Assembly: GCA_049699855.1 (NCBI GenBank)
Contig: JBNAWM010000019.1
Coordinates: forward strand, 1 to 17,891
Origin: Candidatus Cryosericum sp.
GTDB lineage: Bacteria > Caldisericota > Caldisericia > Cryosericales > Cryosericaceae
DNA length: 17,891 nt
Direction of reading: 5' to 3'
Shown here: piece after piece, positions 1 through 8,857 of the stretch
Numbering within the stretch: position 1 is the stretch's first letter
How the letters are laid out: each line of letters starts with the position of its first letter
The notes under the pieces: model-generated
Database searches by the model: none
Seen by the model: the letters and a program-made list of their open reading frames with translations, nothing else
Told to the model about the DNA's origin: nothing
Program-made: the position numbers and the translations under genes

Positions 1-606
1 CGGCAGGATGTGTGGCATGAGCTCGACAATGGTGACATTTGTTCCAATGGCATTGAAGAAGGTGGCCATCTCAACACCAATGACGCCGCCGCCGATGATG
101 ACAAGGTTCTTTGGTTGTTCAGTATTGCGGAAAACGTCATCGCTGGTCCAGATCCCGGGATCGGTGAACGGGGGGAACTTGATGGGAGAGCTACCGGTCG
201 CGATGATGACGTTTCTGGCCTCGACGACTTCACCTGTGGCATCAATTGACACATGAGTCGGATCTTTCAGAGTGGCTCTGCTGGCATATACCTGGATCTT
301 GTTCTTCTTCATGAGAAACTCGATTCCCTTGCGCAGCCGGGTGACGACCTGATCCTTGCGCGCCATGACGGCCGGGAAGTTGACCGCGATGTTGTCGGCG
401 CTGAGTCCGAATTTGCCTGCTTCCTGCATGTGCGTATACAGCTTGCTGCTTGCGAGCATGGTCTTGGTGGGAATGCAGCCCCAGTTGGTGCAGACTCCAC
501 CCATGTCCGCCTGTTCGGCAAGAGCAACCGAAAGCCCCAGTTGAGCGGCCTTGATGGCTGCAACATAGCCGCCAGGACCGCCGCCGATAATGAACACGTC
601 TACCAT
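1..606 (-). CDS. lpdA: Dihydrolipoyl dehydrogenase (E3), N-terminal 202 codons; the 3' end runs off the left edge of the window
   Basis: Manual minus-strand translation from the ATG at 604-606 gives MVDVFIIGGGPGGYVAAIKAAQLG (FAD-binding GxGxxG), GGVCTNWGCIPTK (redox-active disulfide), IIATGS and IIGGGVIGVEMA (NAD-binding). SD GGAGG at 612-616. The frame is open to position 1. Confidence 0.93.
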   Translation of the reverse strand, partial: MVDVFIIGGGPGGYVAAIKAAQLGLSVALAEQADMGGVCTNWGCIPTKTMLASSKLYTHMQEAGKFGLSADNIAVNFPAVMARKDQVVTRLRKGIEFLMKKNKIQVYASRATLKDPTHVSIDATGEVVEARNVIIATGSSPIKFPPFTDPGIWTSDDVFRNTEQPKNLVIIGGGVIGVEMATFFNAIGTNVTIVELMPHILP

Positions 607-641
607 TTCAACCTCCTGATGTGATAGTTTCCAAACATGTC

Positions 642-650
642 ATTCTATCA
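642..650 (-). promoter_or_regulatory. Possible extended -10 promoter for lpdA (TGaTAGAAT)
   Basis: The minus strand reads TGATAGAAT about 36 nt upstream of the ATG. There is no convincing -35. Confidence 0.4.
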
Positions 651-723
651 CCATATTCCTTCTTCGGTACAGGCCGATTTTGTGAACAGCGCTCTCGTCT
701 GATTCAACAACGTTTGCCAACAC

Positions 724-1377
724 CTAAAGCCAGCGGTTGTCGCGGAGTTCCTGTGCGATGCTGGTGGGTTCGCCGTGTCCAGGGAAGATGCGCGTGGAGG
801 GCGGCAGTGTCATCAAGGTCTGGCGGATTCCCTCGAGGAGCTGTTCGAAGGCATCGCGCGTGGGAGCGCGCCCGACTCCTCCCGCAAACAGCGTGTCACC
901 AACAAAGGCGTGGTCGCCTGCTATCAGCACGGTTCCGCCGGGGCTATGTCCCGGTATCATGGCGGTGCGGTAACTGGTGCTTCCCACGAGGATTTCCTGC
1001 TTGGAAGCGAGAGGAACTGCTTCTGTGAGAAGAGGGGGCCTCAGCCCCAACTGGCTCGCATAGCTAGCGTCTGGATCACGCGCGAGCGCAGTTTCACTCG
1101 AATCGATGAGCAGTGTTGCATAGGGAAAGCGTTTCATGACGGCATCCGCGCCTGAGACATGGTCGATGTGTCCATGGGTGCAGACAACCCATCGAAGCCG
1201 GGCATTGGCACTCTCCACAGCTGTTGCGACCCATTCGAGCTCACGGTTCTCCGTCATGCCGGGGTCGACCAGCATAAGATCGGTTCCGGACTGCACGAGA
1301 TAGCAATTCGTCGAGAGCGGACCAACCGGCATGCGGGTGATGCTCGTCTCGCCAACCCATTCCTGAAACTTCTCCAT
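724..1377 (-). CDS. MBL-fold metallo-hydrolase (glyoxalase II/YcbL-like), 217 aa
   Basis: Motifs NCYLV, LVDPG, THGHIDH (HxHxDH), PGHSPG, GDTLF and PGHG. Start moved to MEKFQ (ATG 1375-1377) because GGAGG lies just upstream of it. Confidence 0.9.
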   Translation of the reverse strand: MEKFQEWVGETSITRMPVGPLSTNCYLVQSGTDLMLVDPGMTENRELEWVATAVESANARLRWVVCTHGHIDHVSGADAVMKRFPYATLLIDSSETALARDPDASYASQLGLRPPLLTEAVPLASKQEILVGSTSYRTAMIPGHSPGGTVLIAGDHAFVGDTLFAGGVGRAPTRDAFEQLLEGIRQTLMTLPPSTRIFPGHGEPTSIAQELRDNRWL

Positions 1378-1591
1378 TTCATCCTCCATTCTGGTGAGTA
1401 TTAGTATAGCCAAGCTGGAGCCAAAGAAATGCCAGCCATGGGCATCACGTCAAGCCGGGCATTTTCGCTGTCTTGGTCACGGTGATGCCACGTCTCCATG
1501 CAATTCTTGCAAGGGACCTATACTATAGATGAGACATCAAGAACCGCGCACAGGCGTACAGCAGGAATCTCTTGTGTCTGGAGGACCAGAG

Positions 1592-2482
1592 ATGGCAGAC
1601 AAGAACGGGAAGTCGATGACAAGCAGTGCTGAGGAACGCAAGGAGCGCAGGCAGAGGGAACGCCTTGCCGAATTGACGCGTTCCTTCAAGAAGGATCCAA
1701 AGCTCTTTGTTGAGAAGGTCGAACAGGCATGCCCTCCGGGCACGCCACCAGCCGAGGGATTGCTGGATGCTGCAGTGGTCCTTGCGGAGCAGGACGAGTT
1801 CAAGCCCGCGCTGGCGTTGCTGGAACGGGCTGCGATGTTGTACGAACTGGCGCACGACAACGCGGGCCTTGCCCGCGTCTACGTTAACATGGGCCCCCTC
1901 TATGGCATGCTGGACCAGTTGGAGAAGGGGATCAGTTTCTCGCTGAAGGCGGAAAACCTCGCGCGCGCGCTGCCGGCCGATCCCGAATTGACACTGCACT
2001 ATGCCAGCGACCTCGGCGGAATGTATACCGAGATGGAGGACTGGGACAAGGCGATGCACTACTTTCAAATTGCATGTGACACCGCGACGGCCATGGGCAA
2101 CATCGAGGTCGAGGCTGATGGGCTGCTGATCATGAGTCAGGTTGCTGTGGCGCAGGGCGACGCCGCCAAGGCGCGAGAGCTGGCCCAAAAGGGAGGTGCC
2201 CTTGGTGCTAAACTGGAGGACAAACTCTTCCAGGCTAGGGCCTTGCAGACAATGGGCGATGCCAGCGCTCTTGACGGGAATCACGAGCAAGCCCTTGCCC
2301 TGTTTCAGCAGGCGCTTGACCTGGAAGCAGACCAACCCAGCATGGAGTTGCGGCAGCAGCTCTTCTGGGAGATGAGCGAGTCCTATGAGGAAATTGGCAA
2401 CGAGAAACTTGCGGAAGACTATCGAAGTCGTGCTGCCGATCTTGATGAGCAGGACGGCAGAGAGGATGATCTGGATGCCTGA
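1592..2482 (+). CDS. Tetratricopeptide-repeat protein, 296 aa, with an acidic C-terminal tail
   Basis: Repeated helical TPR-like units (LARVYVNMGPLYGMLDQLEKG; SDLGGMYTEMEDWDKAMHYF; ALQTMGDASALDGNHEQALALFQQAL). GGAGG lies upstream of the ATG at 1592. A paralogue sits at 16410-17267. Confidence 0.85.
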   Translation: MADKNGKSMTSSAEERKERRQRERLAELTRSFKKDPKLFVEKVEQACPPGTPPAEGLLDAAVVLAEQDEFKPALALLERAAMLYELAHDNAGLARVYVNMGPLYGMLDQLEKGISFSLKAENLARALPADPELTLHYASDLGGMYTEMEDWDKAMHYFQIACDTATAMGNIEVEADGLLIMSQVAVAQGDAAKARELAQKGGALGAKLEDKLFQARALQTMGDASALDGNHEQALALFQQALDLEADQPSMELRQQLFWEMSESYEEIGNEKLAEDYRSRAADLDEQDGREDDLDA

Positions 2483-2486
2483 ACCT

Positions 2487-2500
2487 GTGCGCATGCGCAC
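2487..2500. other. Perfect 14-bp palindrome GTGCGCATGCGCAC in the TPR-aldolase spacer (RNA hairpin or operator)
   Basis: The sequence equals its own reverse complement, starts 5 nt after the TPR stop codon, and has no U-tract. Confidence 0.5.
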
Positions 2501-2537
2501 GGCAGGATGGAGTTGATCTTTGGACAAGGAGGATGAT

Positions 2538-3560
2538 ATGCTCTACGAACGTGAATTGAGAGACACGGCCAGGGCACTGGTAGCTCCGGGCAAGGGTATC
2601 CTTGCGGCGGATGAGAGTATCGGGACAATTGGAAAGAGGTTTGCGAAGCTTGGTGTGCCATCGACGGCTGAGACCCATCGAGCCTATCGGGACATGCTGT
2701 TCACTACGCCTGGCATCGAAGAGTTCATCTCGGGGGTCATCCTGTATGATGAAACGATTCGTCAGGAGTCGCTGGGTGGGACGATGTTCCCAAGCCTGCT
2801 GTCTGACAAAGGGATCATCCCTGGCATCAAGGTCGATACCGGAGCGATCGAGCTGGCCCTTCATCCAGGTGAGAAGGTGACGCAGGGGCTGGATGGTCTG
2901 CGCGAGCGGCTGGCAGAGTATCGGTCGATGGGGGCGCGGTTCACCAAGTGGCGCGCGGTCATTACCATTGGAGTGGGAATCCCGAGTGACGCCTGCATCA
3001 CCGCCAACGCCCATGCTCTTGCCCGGTATGCTGCTCTGGCTCAGGAGGCAGGGCTTGTGCCGATAGTCGAACCCGAAGTCCTTATGGACGGTGACCATGA
3101 TATCGAACGGTGCGAAGTTGTTAGCTCAGCCGTCCTCAGGTCGGTCTTTGAAGAGCTGGCGGTGCAGGGCATCCTCCTGGAGGGGATGCTGCTGAAGCCT
3201 AGTATGACCATTTCGGGCAAGCTGTGTGCGCATCAGGCCAGCGTCCAGGAAGTTGCCGAGGCGACCGTACGGACGCTGAGGCGGACCGTGCCTTCCGCTG
3301 TTCCCGGCATCGTCTTCCTTTCGGGCGGGCAGTCATCTGAACTGGCAACTGCTCACCTGAATGCAATGAACAAGCTGGGCCCACATCCGTGGGAACTGAG
3401 CTACTCGTATGGGCGCGCGTTGCAGGAACCGGCTTTGACCATCTGGCACGGTGAGGATGCAAATGTCGGAGCAGCCCAGGCGGCTTTCTATCATCGCAGC
3501 AAGTGCAACAGCGCTGCCCGGACTGGTTCGTATACGGCTGAGCTGGAACATCAGCACTAG
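2538..3560 (+). CDS. Fructose-bisphosphate aldolase class I (Schiff-base, eukaryote-like family), 340 aa
   Basis: Motifs GKGILAADES, GIKVD, QGLDGL, KWRAV, LARYA, VPIVEPEV, LLKPSM (Schiff-base Lys), FLSGGQS and SYSYGRALQ. SD AAGGAGG precedes the ATG at 2538. Confidence 0.95.
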   Translation: MLYERELRDTARALVAPGKGILAADESIGTIGKRFAKLGVPSTAETHRAYRDMLFTTPGIEEFISGVILYDETIRQESLGGTMFPSLLSDKGIIPGIKVDTGAIELALHPGEKVTQGLDGLRERLAEYRSMGARFTKWRAVITIGVGIPSDACITANAHALARYAALAQEAGLVPIVEPEVLMDGDHDIERCEVVSSAVLRSVFEELAVQGILLEGMLLKPSMTISGKLCAHQASVQEVAEATVRTLRRTVPSAVPGIVFLSGGQSSELATAHLNAMNKLGPHPWELSYSYGRALQEPALTIWHGEDANVGAAQAAFYHRSKCNSAARTGSYTAELEHQH

Positions 3561-3578
3561 GTTTCTGTTGCTGTAACG

Positions 3579-3619
3579 GCAAAACCGGGCAGTGAACTGG
3601 TTCCACTGCCCGGTTTTGC
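3579..3619. terminator. Likely bidirectional intrinsic terminator between the convergent aldolase and livF genes
   Basis: Perfect 16-bp inverted repeat GCAAAACCGGGCAGTG / CACTGCCCGGTTTTGC, with the A- and T-runs in the outer stem. Confidence 0.85.
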
Positions 3620-3640
3620 TGAGGAGGATTGGCGGGGAGG

Positions 3641-4348
3641 CTAGCCGCCCAGGTATGCCTTCCGTACGTCAGGATTGTCGCGCAGTTCCTTGGCAGTTCC
3701 TGACAAGACCAGCGAACCGGTTTCAAGAACGTAGGCACGGTGCGCAATGGAAAGAGCTTTGAACGCGTTCTGCTCAACAAGAAGGATCGTCTTCCCAAGC
3801 TGATTGATCTCAACGATGATGCCAAAGATCTCTTCAACCAGTACGGGAGAAAGACCCATAGAAGGCTCGTCCAGGAGCATGACAGGGTTATTCTGCATAA
3901 GCCCCCGGCCGACTGCCAGCATCTGCTGTTCGCCGCCCGACAATGTCCCTGCGATCTGCCGCCTGCGCTCCTTCAGCCGGGGGAAGAGGGCGAAGACTTT
4001 TTCTTGATTGGGCCCCGCCGTTTTTCGATCTTTGACTGAAGACAAAGCCACGTCCAGGTTTTCCTGGACGGTCAGGTTGCCAAAGATGCCGCGGCCCTCC
4101 GGAATCTGTGATATGCCCATGCGGGCGATCATATGTGGCGGCGTGTGCGTGATGTCATGTCCATCATAGATGATGCTGCCCGACGTCGGGCGAAGAATGC
4201 CCGAAATGGCTCTCAGGGTGGTTGACTTTCCGGCGCCATTTGCGCCGATGATGGAGACGATCTCGCCCTTCTCAACGCTGAAGGAAACATCTTTCAGCGC
4301 ACGGATGGAGCCGTAGAAGACATCAATGTTCTTGACTTCGAGCAGCAT
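3641..4348 (-). CDS. livF: Branched-chain amino acid ABC transporter ATP-binding protein LivF
   Basis: MLLEVKNIDVFYG, Walker A GANGAGKST, PEGRGIF, signature LSGGEQQML, LLDEPSMGL, LLVEQN and C-terminal AYLGG. Start at ATG 4346-4348, 1 nt after the livG stop. Confidence 0.95.
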   Translation of the reverse strand: MLLEVKNIDVFYGSIRALKDVSFSVEKGEIVSIIGANGAGKSTTLRAISGILRPTSGSIIYDGHDITHTPPHMIARMGISQIPEGRGIFGNLTVQENLDVALSSVKDRKTAGPNQEKVFALFPRLKERRRQIAGTLSGGEQQMLAVGRGLMQNNPVMLLDEPSMGLSPVLVEEIFGIIVEINQLGKTILLVEQNAFKALSIAHRAYVLETGSLVLSGTAKELRDNPDVRKAYLGG

Positions 4349-4349
4349 G

Positions 4350-5114
4350 TCAGGCCCCCTTTCCAAGGTACGCTTCGATGACGCGCGGATCGTTGCGAAT
4401 GTACTCGGGTGGTCCCTCACAGATCGTCTCGCCAAAGTCCATGACCTTGATGCGTTCGCACACACCCATGACAACGCGCATCTGGTGTTCGATAAGCAGG
4501 ATGGTCAGGTCGAACTTATCGCGCAGCCAGTGGATTGTTTCCATCAGTTCATCTGCCTCGGCCGGGTTCATGCCTGCAGCGGGTTCATCAAGAATGAGCA
4601 GCTTCGGCTTGGTGGCCAGGGCGCGAGCGATTTCCAGCCGACGCTGTGCACCATATGGCAGGGAGCCAGAGATGTCGTCGGCGTGTCCATCCAGATGGAA
4701 CAGGCGCAGGAGACCGATGGCATAGTCATCGACCATCTGCTCGCCCTCCCAGTATTTGTGCGTATGGAGGAATGCATCAGTATTGCCATAGGGCATCCGG
4801 AAGTGATAGGCGATTTTCAGGTTGTCGATCACGCTGGATTTGTCAAAGAGACGGATGTTCTGGAACGTGCGGGCAATCCCCGCCTGCGTGATCTGGTGCG
4901 TCTTCTTGCCAACAATATTGTTCCCGTCAAAGACAATGGTCCCTTTGGTGGGAGAGTAGACTCCGGTGAGTACGTTGAAAACTGTTGTCTTGCCCGCTCC
5001 GTTGGGGCCAATGAGGCCAACGATCTCACCATGTTCAAGCTGAATGTTGAAATCCGAGACGGCGCGGAGACCGCCGAAAAACTGTGTGAGGTGCTGCACA
5101 TCGAGCAGTGCCAT
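4350..5114 (-). CDS. livG: Branched-chain amino acid ABC transporter ATP-binding protein LivG
   Basis: FGGLRAV, GLIGPNGAGKTT, RTFQNIRLF, LPYGAQRRLEIARALA, LDEPAAGMN, LIEH and VIEAYLG. Confidence 0.95.
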   Translation of the reverse strand: MALLDVQHLTQFFGGLRAVSDFNIQLEHGEIVGLIGPNGAGKTTVFNVLTGVYSPTKGTIVFDGNNIVGKKTHQITQAGIARTFQNIRLFDKSSVIDNLKIAYHFRMPYGNTDAFLHTHKYWEGEQMVDDYAIGLLRLFHLDGHADDISGSLPYGAQRRLEIARALATKPKLLILDEPAAGMNPAEADELMETIHWLRDKFDLTILLIEHQMRVVMGVCERIKVMDFGETICEGPPEYIRNDPRVIEAYLGKGA

Positions 5115-6115
5115 TATGCGGTCACCTCCTTCCTCTTACGCTGAGGGACAAGGATGAAGCTGAACTCCTTGAGGCCCATGACGCCTTCCGTGCGGAAGAT
5201 CATGGTCAGGATGAGGATCAGGGGGTAGATGACCATGCGCCACTGCTGCAGACTGCGGAGCAGTTCGGGCAGAAGTGTAAAAATAGCTGCACCCACCATG
5301 GCACCGCTGATGGATGCGGCACCGCCAACGTACAGGTAGATGAGGTACTCCAGCGACTTGACAAAACTGAAGTTGTCCGGATGAATGAACTGCAGCAGAT
5401 GGGCAAAGACACCACCTGAAACACCAGCAAAGAAGGCTGAGAAGACAAACACAAACACCTTCTGTTTTGTTGTATTGATGCCTGTGGCCTCAGCGGCGAT
5501 TTCGGAGTCGCGGACAGCCTTCATGGAGCGTCCGTGCGATGAGAACAGATAGTTGCGCATGAGCACGACGCTCACAATGGTGAATACGAAGACGACCTCG
5601 AGGTTCGTGAACTTGGGGATGTTGCCCAGTCCGCGTGGTCCTCCAAGAGCATTGGTAACGCGAATGACCGTGCGAATCAGTTCGTTGGCGGACAGGGTAA
5701 CAATTGCCAGGTAGTCACCCTTCAAACGCAGTGAAGGAGCGCCGACAAGATAGCCTACTCCTGCAGCCAGCAACCCGCCGGCAATAAGTGATAGAACAAA
5801 GACAGGATACCCGACCCATGGTTTGGCTACACTCGTGTGCAGCCAGACGGTTGTGATCATGGCGGACGTATAGGCACCGACGGCCATGAAACCGGCGTGT
5901 CCAATGGAGAACTGGCCTGTGAAGCCATTCACCATGCCCAGGCTGACGGTCATGACGATGTTGATGCCAATGAGAGCGATGAGTTGGATGTAGTAGCCAT
6001 TGACGAGGGGTTTGCCGTTGATAAGGGGCACGATGTTCAGGATCTTGATAATGGCGTAGGCCAGCACAAAGGCCCCAACCGTGGTCCACGTGCGGTGTGT
6101 ACGGAGGAAGTTCAT
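5114..6115 (-). CDS. livM: Branched-chain amino acid ABC transporter permease LivM
   Basis: Hydrophobic protein with GFTGQFSIGHAGFMAVGAY, LRLKGDYLAIVTL and AVRDSEIAAEATGIN. Start at MNFLR (6113-6115), directly after the livH stop. The stop overlaps the livG start. Confidence 0.93.
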   Translation of the reverse strand: MNFLRTHRTWTTVGAFVLAYAIIKILNIVPLINGKPLVNGYYIQLIALIGINIVMTVSLGMVNGFTGQFSIGHAGFMAVGAYTSAMITTVWLHTSVAKPWVGYPVFVLSLIAGGLLAAGVGYLVGAPSLRLKGDYLAIVTLSANELIRTVIRVTNALGGPRGLGNIPKFTNLEVVFVFTIVSVVLMRNYLFSSHGRSMKAVRDSEIAAEATGINTTKQKVFVFVFSAFFAGVSGGVFAHLLQFIHPDNFSFVKSLEYLIYLYVGGAASISGAMVGAAIFTLLPELLRSLQQWRMVIYPLILILTMIFRTEGVMGLKEFSFILVPQRKRKEVTA

Positions 6116-6116
6116 G

Positions 6117-7022
6117 TCAAACCTTCTCCGGCATGAACTTGCCCAGCAGACCGCTCGGTCGAACGAGCAGGATGCCAATCAGAATGGCGAATGCAATGCC
6201 ATACCCGAGGTTCGAATTGACCGATGTCGCAAACGCCTCCGAGATGCCCATGATGTAGGCGCCCAGCACGGCTCCAGGAATGTTGCCAATGCCACCCAGC
6301 ACGGCAGCGATGAACGCTTTCAGGCCCGGCCAGATACCCAGGAAGGGCGATGCCAGCATCCCGTAGGTGGTGCCGTAGAGAATACCACCAGCTCCTGCCA
6401 GCGCGGGTCCCACAATAAACGCTGTGCTGATGACAACATCAATGTTGATGCCCATAAGGCTGGCTGTTGGCTTGTCAAAGGACACTGCTCGCATCTGTTT
6501 GCCAATGAGTGTCTTGTTGACAAACCAGAAGAGCAGGACCATCAGGATAACCGAGACGCTGACATCAAGCAGAAGAACGTTGGAAACATTGAGGCCAAGA
6601 TTGCCAGGGATGGGAATGTTTCTGGCCACAATGAGGTCTGGAAACTTGCGGAACGCCGGCGTGAAGACGAAGGGCATGGCACAGAAGTTTTCGAGAAAGA
6701 TTGAGACGCCGAGTGCGGTAATCAAAGCGGAGAGACGTGACTTGTAGCGCAAAGGACGGTAGGCGAGCTTCTCCATGACAAAACCGAGCACACCTGTGAC
6801 GATCATCGCGGCGATAATCGTCGGGATGAAGGCTCCGCCGAACACCTTGGTCATGATGGGCGCGAGGTAGAAACCCATATAGGCTCCAACCATGAAAATG
6901 TCCGCATGTGCAAAGTTGATGAGACGCACGATCCCGTAGACCATCGTGTAGCCAAGTGCTATCAGTGCATAGATACTCCCTATCTGGATACCATTGATAA
7001 GTTGTTGCAGGAACTGGCCCAT
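6117..7022 (-). CDS. livH: Branched-chain amino acid ABC transporter permease LivH
   Basis: QQLINGIQIGSIYALIALGYTMVYGIVRLINFAH, GLKAFIAAVLGGIG and RPSGLLG. SD GGAGGAG. Confidence 0.95.
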   Translation of the reverse strand: MGQFLQQLINGIQIGSIYALIALGYTMVYGIVRLINFAHADIFMVGAYMGFYLAPIMTKVFGGAFIPTIIAAMIVTGVLGFVMEKLAYRPLRYKSRLSALITALGVSIFLENFCAMPFVFTPAFRKFPDLIVARNIPIPGNLGLNVSNVLLLDVSVSVILMVLLFWFVNKTLIGKQMRAVSFDKPTASLMGINIDVVISTAFIVGPALAGAGGILYGTTYGMLASPFLGIWPGLKAFIAAVLGGIGNIPGAVLGAYIMGISEAFATSVNSNLGYGIAFAILIGILLVRPSGLLGKFMPEKV

Positions 7023-7038
7023 ATTTCTCCTCCACCGG

Positions 7039-7070
7039 GGTCCAGCGGGAGCACATGCTCCCGCTGGACC
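7039..7070 (-). other. Intercistronic stem-loop between livK and livH (probable mRNA-stabilising or attenuating element)
   Basis: Perfect inverted repeat GGTCCAGCGGGAGCA / TGCTCCCGCTGGACC with no U-tract. This position, right after the substrate-binding gene, is typical of ABC operons. Confidence 0.75.
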
Positions 7071-7082
7071 AGAATACCTGCT

Positions 7083-8246
7083 CTATTGTGGGGTAACGGT
7101 TGTCAGGTACGTCTGCTGACCGTTGACGATCTTGATGATGACCGCGGACTTGATGGGGTCACGGTTTTCATCGAACTTGTAGGCGCCAGAGATACCGACG
7201 TAGCTGGTATTCTTCATGGCGTCCCTGATATCCGATCCCTTGATGGAGCCTGCGGTCTTGAAGGCATCGAGGAACAGCCCTGTGGCGTCGTATGCAAGAG
7301 CTGCAAGCGCATCAGGAGCCTCGCCGTACTTTGCTGTATATGCCTTGACAAAGTCCTGAACCTTGGGGCTTGGATCGTCTTTCGAGAAGTGGTTGGAGAA
7401 GACGCCGCCTTCGACAGCCGCGCCACCGATCTTGACAAGGTCGGGTGAATCCCATCCATCACCGCCGCCAGCAGGGCAGTTCAGGCCCATCTCACGTGCC
7501 TGCTTGAGGATGGTTGCTGCAGATGCATAGTAGTTGGGCAGGTACAGGAAGTCAGGATTGGTTGCCTTGATCTTGGTCAGCTGAGCCTTGTAGTCGATGG
7601 TCTTGTCCTCGTCTGTAAAGGCTTCATAGGCGACGATCTTGCCGCCCAGCTTCTCAAAGCCGGCCTTGAAGTATTCGGCAAGTCCCTTGTTGTAGTCATT
7701 GCCATTGTCATAGAGCACGGCTGCGGTCTTGAGCTTTGCGGTGTTCCAGACGTAGTTTGCCATGACGGTTCCCTGGAAGGGGTCAATGAAGCAGGCGCGG
7801 AAGATGTAGTCACCCTGCAGTGTAACCGCAGGGTTCGTCGATGTCGGGGTGATCTCCGGGACACCGGCGGCCTGACAGATGGGTGCAACCGCCAGACTGA
7901 CCTTGCTCATGACGGCACCAATGATGCCGATGACATGATCCTGATTGATCAGCTTCTGAGCGGCACTTGCACCGACTTCAGGAGCGCCCGTGTCATCCTC
8001 ATTGATATAGTTGATGGTCGTCTTGACGCCGCCAACCATCGCACCGCCGGCAGCGTTGAACTCGTCGACAGCCATCGAAGTGCCGTTCTTGCTTGAGGTG
8101 CCAAATGTTGCAGCTCCCCCGGTCATCGGGAAGATACCGCCCAGATTGACCTTCTGTTCGGTTGGCGTAGCTGGGGTTTTGCTGCATCCGACGCCGAGGC
8201 CGGCAACAAGTGCGCAGACAAGAATGATAGCAAGCAATCTCCTCAT
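7083..8246 (-). CDS. livK: Branched-chain amino acid ABC transporter substrate-binding lipoprotein (LivJ/LivK family), 387 aa
   Basis: Lipoprotein signal MRRLLAIILVCALVAGLGVG-C; motifs PMTGGAATFG, TPTSTNP, FRACFIDPFQG, GGDGWDS and ALAYDA. SD GAGGAG precedes ATG 8244-8246. It is the first gene of the liv operon. Confidence 0.92.
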   Translation of the reverse strand: MRRLLAIILVCALVAGLGVGCSKTPATPTEQKVNLGGIFPMTGGAATFGTSSKNGTSMAVDEFNAAGGAMVGGVKTTINYINEDDTGAPEVGASAAQKLINQDHVIGIIGAVMSKVSLAVAPICQAAGVPEITPTSTNPAVTLQGDYIFRACFIDPFQGTVMANYVWNTAKLKTAAVLYDNGNDYNKGLAEYFKAGFEKLGGKIVAYEAFTDEDKTIDYKAQLTKIKATNPDFLYLPNYYASAATILKQAREMGLNCPAGGGDGWDSPDLVKIGGAAVEGGVFSNHFSKDDPSPKVQDFVKAYTAKYGEAPDALAALAYDATGLFLDAFKTAGSIKGSDIRDAMKNTSYVGISGAYKFDENRDPIKSAVIIKIVNGQQTYLTTVTPQ

Positions 8247-8346
8247 GTGTTCTCCTCTCCTCATAGGAATGTGTGGTACTGGTTCTCGAACGATCAAAAT
8301 GCGTTCAGGCTTGCGGGCCTGCTCACACCTCCTCGCTGGAATAGCG

Positions 8347-8382
8347 AGAAGGCCCTGTGGCAGGATTTCCACAGGGCCTTCT
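8347..8382 (-). promoter_or_regulatory. Strong hairpin in the liv operon leader (possible attenuator or terminator)
   Basis: Perfect 14-bp inverted repeat AGAAGGCCCTGTGG / CCACAGGGCCTTCT with an 8-nt loop, about 100 nt upstream of livK. The U-tract is weak. Confidence 0.55.
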
Positions 8383-8540
8383 GATACTCATGGTATTGTG
8401 CTGCTTGGGCGCGTCTGTGCTGCACACTCCAGTAGAGGTCGTGTCGCGCGGATCAGAGAAAGGTGCGTGGCATGACGCAAGCGGGTATGACAAACCCATG
8501 CCTGGAATATTGAGAGGGGAAAATCTAGCGTCCATAACGT

Positions 8541-8568
8541 ATTCTCTCAATGTGGGCAAAAAAGTCAA
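8541..8568 (-). promoter_or_regulatory. Putative sigma70 promoter for the liv operon
   Basis: Minus strand TTGACT-16 nt-GAGAAT, with an extended TGn immediately before the -10. Confidence 0.5.
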
Positions 8569-8829
8569 GAGAGGATACCGCTCGATCCTGAAGGAGCTTT
8601 CAAGGTCAGCAGGAATGGGGACACGGGGAGGATCGGTCGCAAATCGTACCCTCCCCAGCCGAAGGAACGGTGTCATGGTCTTTATAGGTGGTGAGACCAT
8701 GTCAGGCACTGCGCGGACCTCGGAAGAACCCATGCATCGTGGAATTGTACCTCAACTTACAGCAGACATGTTCTGTTTCAGAACAAATCCCTTGCGGGCC
8801 AGTTTCAGTGTCTTTCACCTTCTGCGCTT

Positions 8830-8857
8830 ACTATTGCCATATGCCGCAAATTGTCAA
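8830..8857 (-). promoter_or_regulatory. Putative distal sigma70 promoter pointing toward liv
   Basis: Minus strand perfect TTGACA-16 nt-AATAGT. Confidence 0.4.

Noticed and set aside
8..624. Plus-strand ORFs 8-256, 10-249 and 253-624
   Set aside because: They are antisense shadows of lpdA, which has clear motifs on the minus strand.
1523..3098. Long minus-strand ORFs (334 aa and 287 aa) opposite the TPR and aldolase genes
   Set aside because: They have no recognisable motifs and overlap well-supported plus-strand genes. Such antisense ORFs are common in GC-rich coding DNA.
4326..7448. Plus-strand ORFs of 180-272 aa across the liv operon
   Set aside because: They are antisense translations of the ABC transporter genes.
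8247..8850. T-box, lysine or SAM riboswitch upstream of livK
   Set aside because: There is no T-box GGTGGnACC consensus. The AGTAGAGGT/GAAAGG words reminiscent of a lysine riboswitch are on the wrong strand, and ACTGGCCC alone is not enough for SAM-I.
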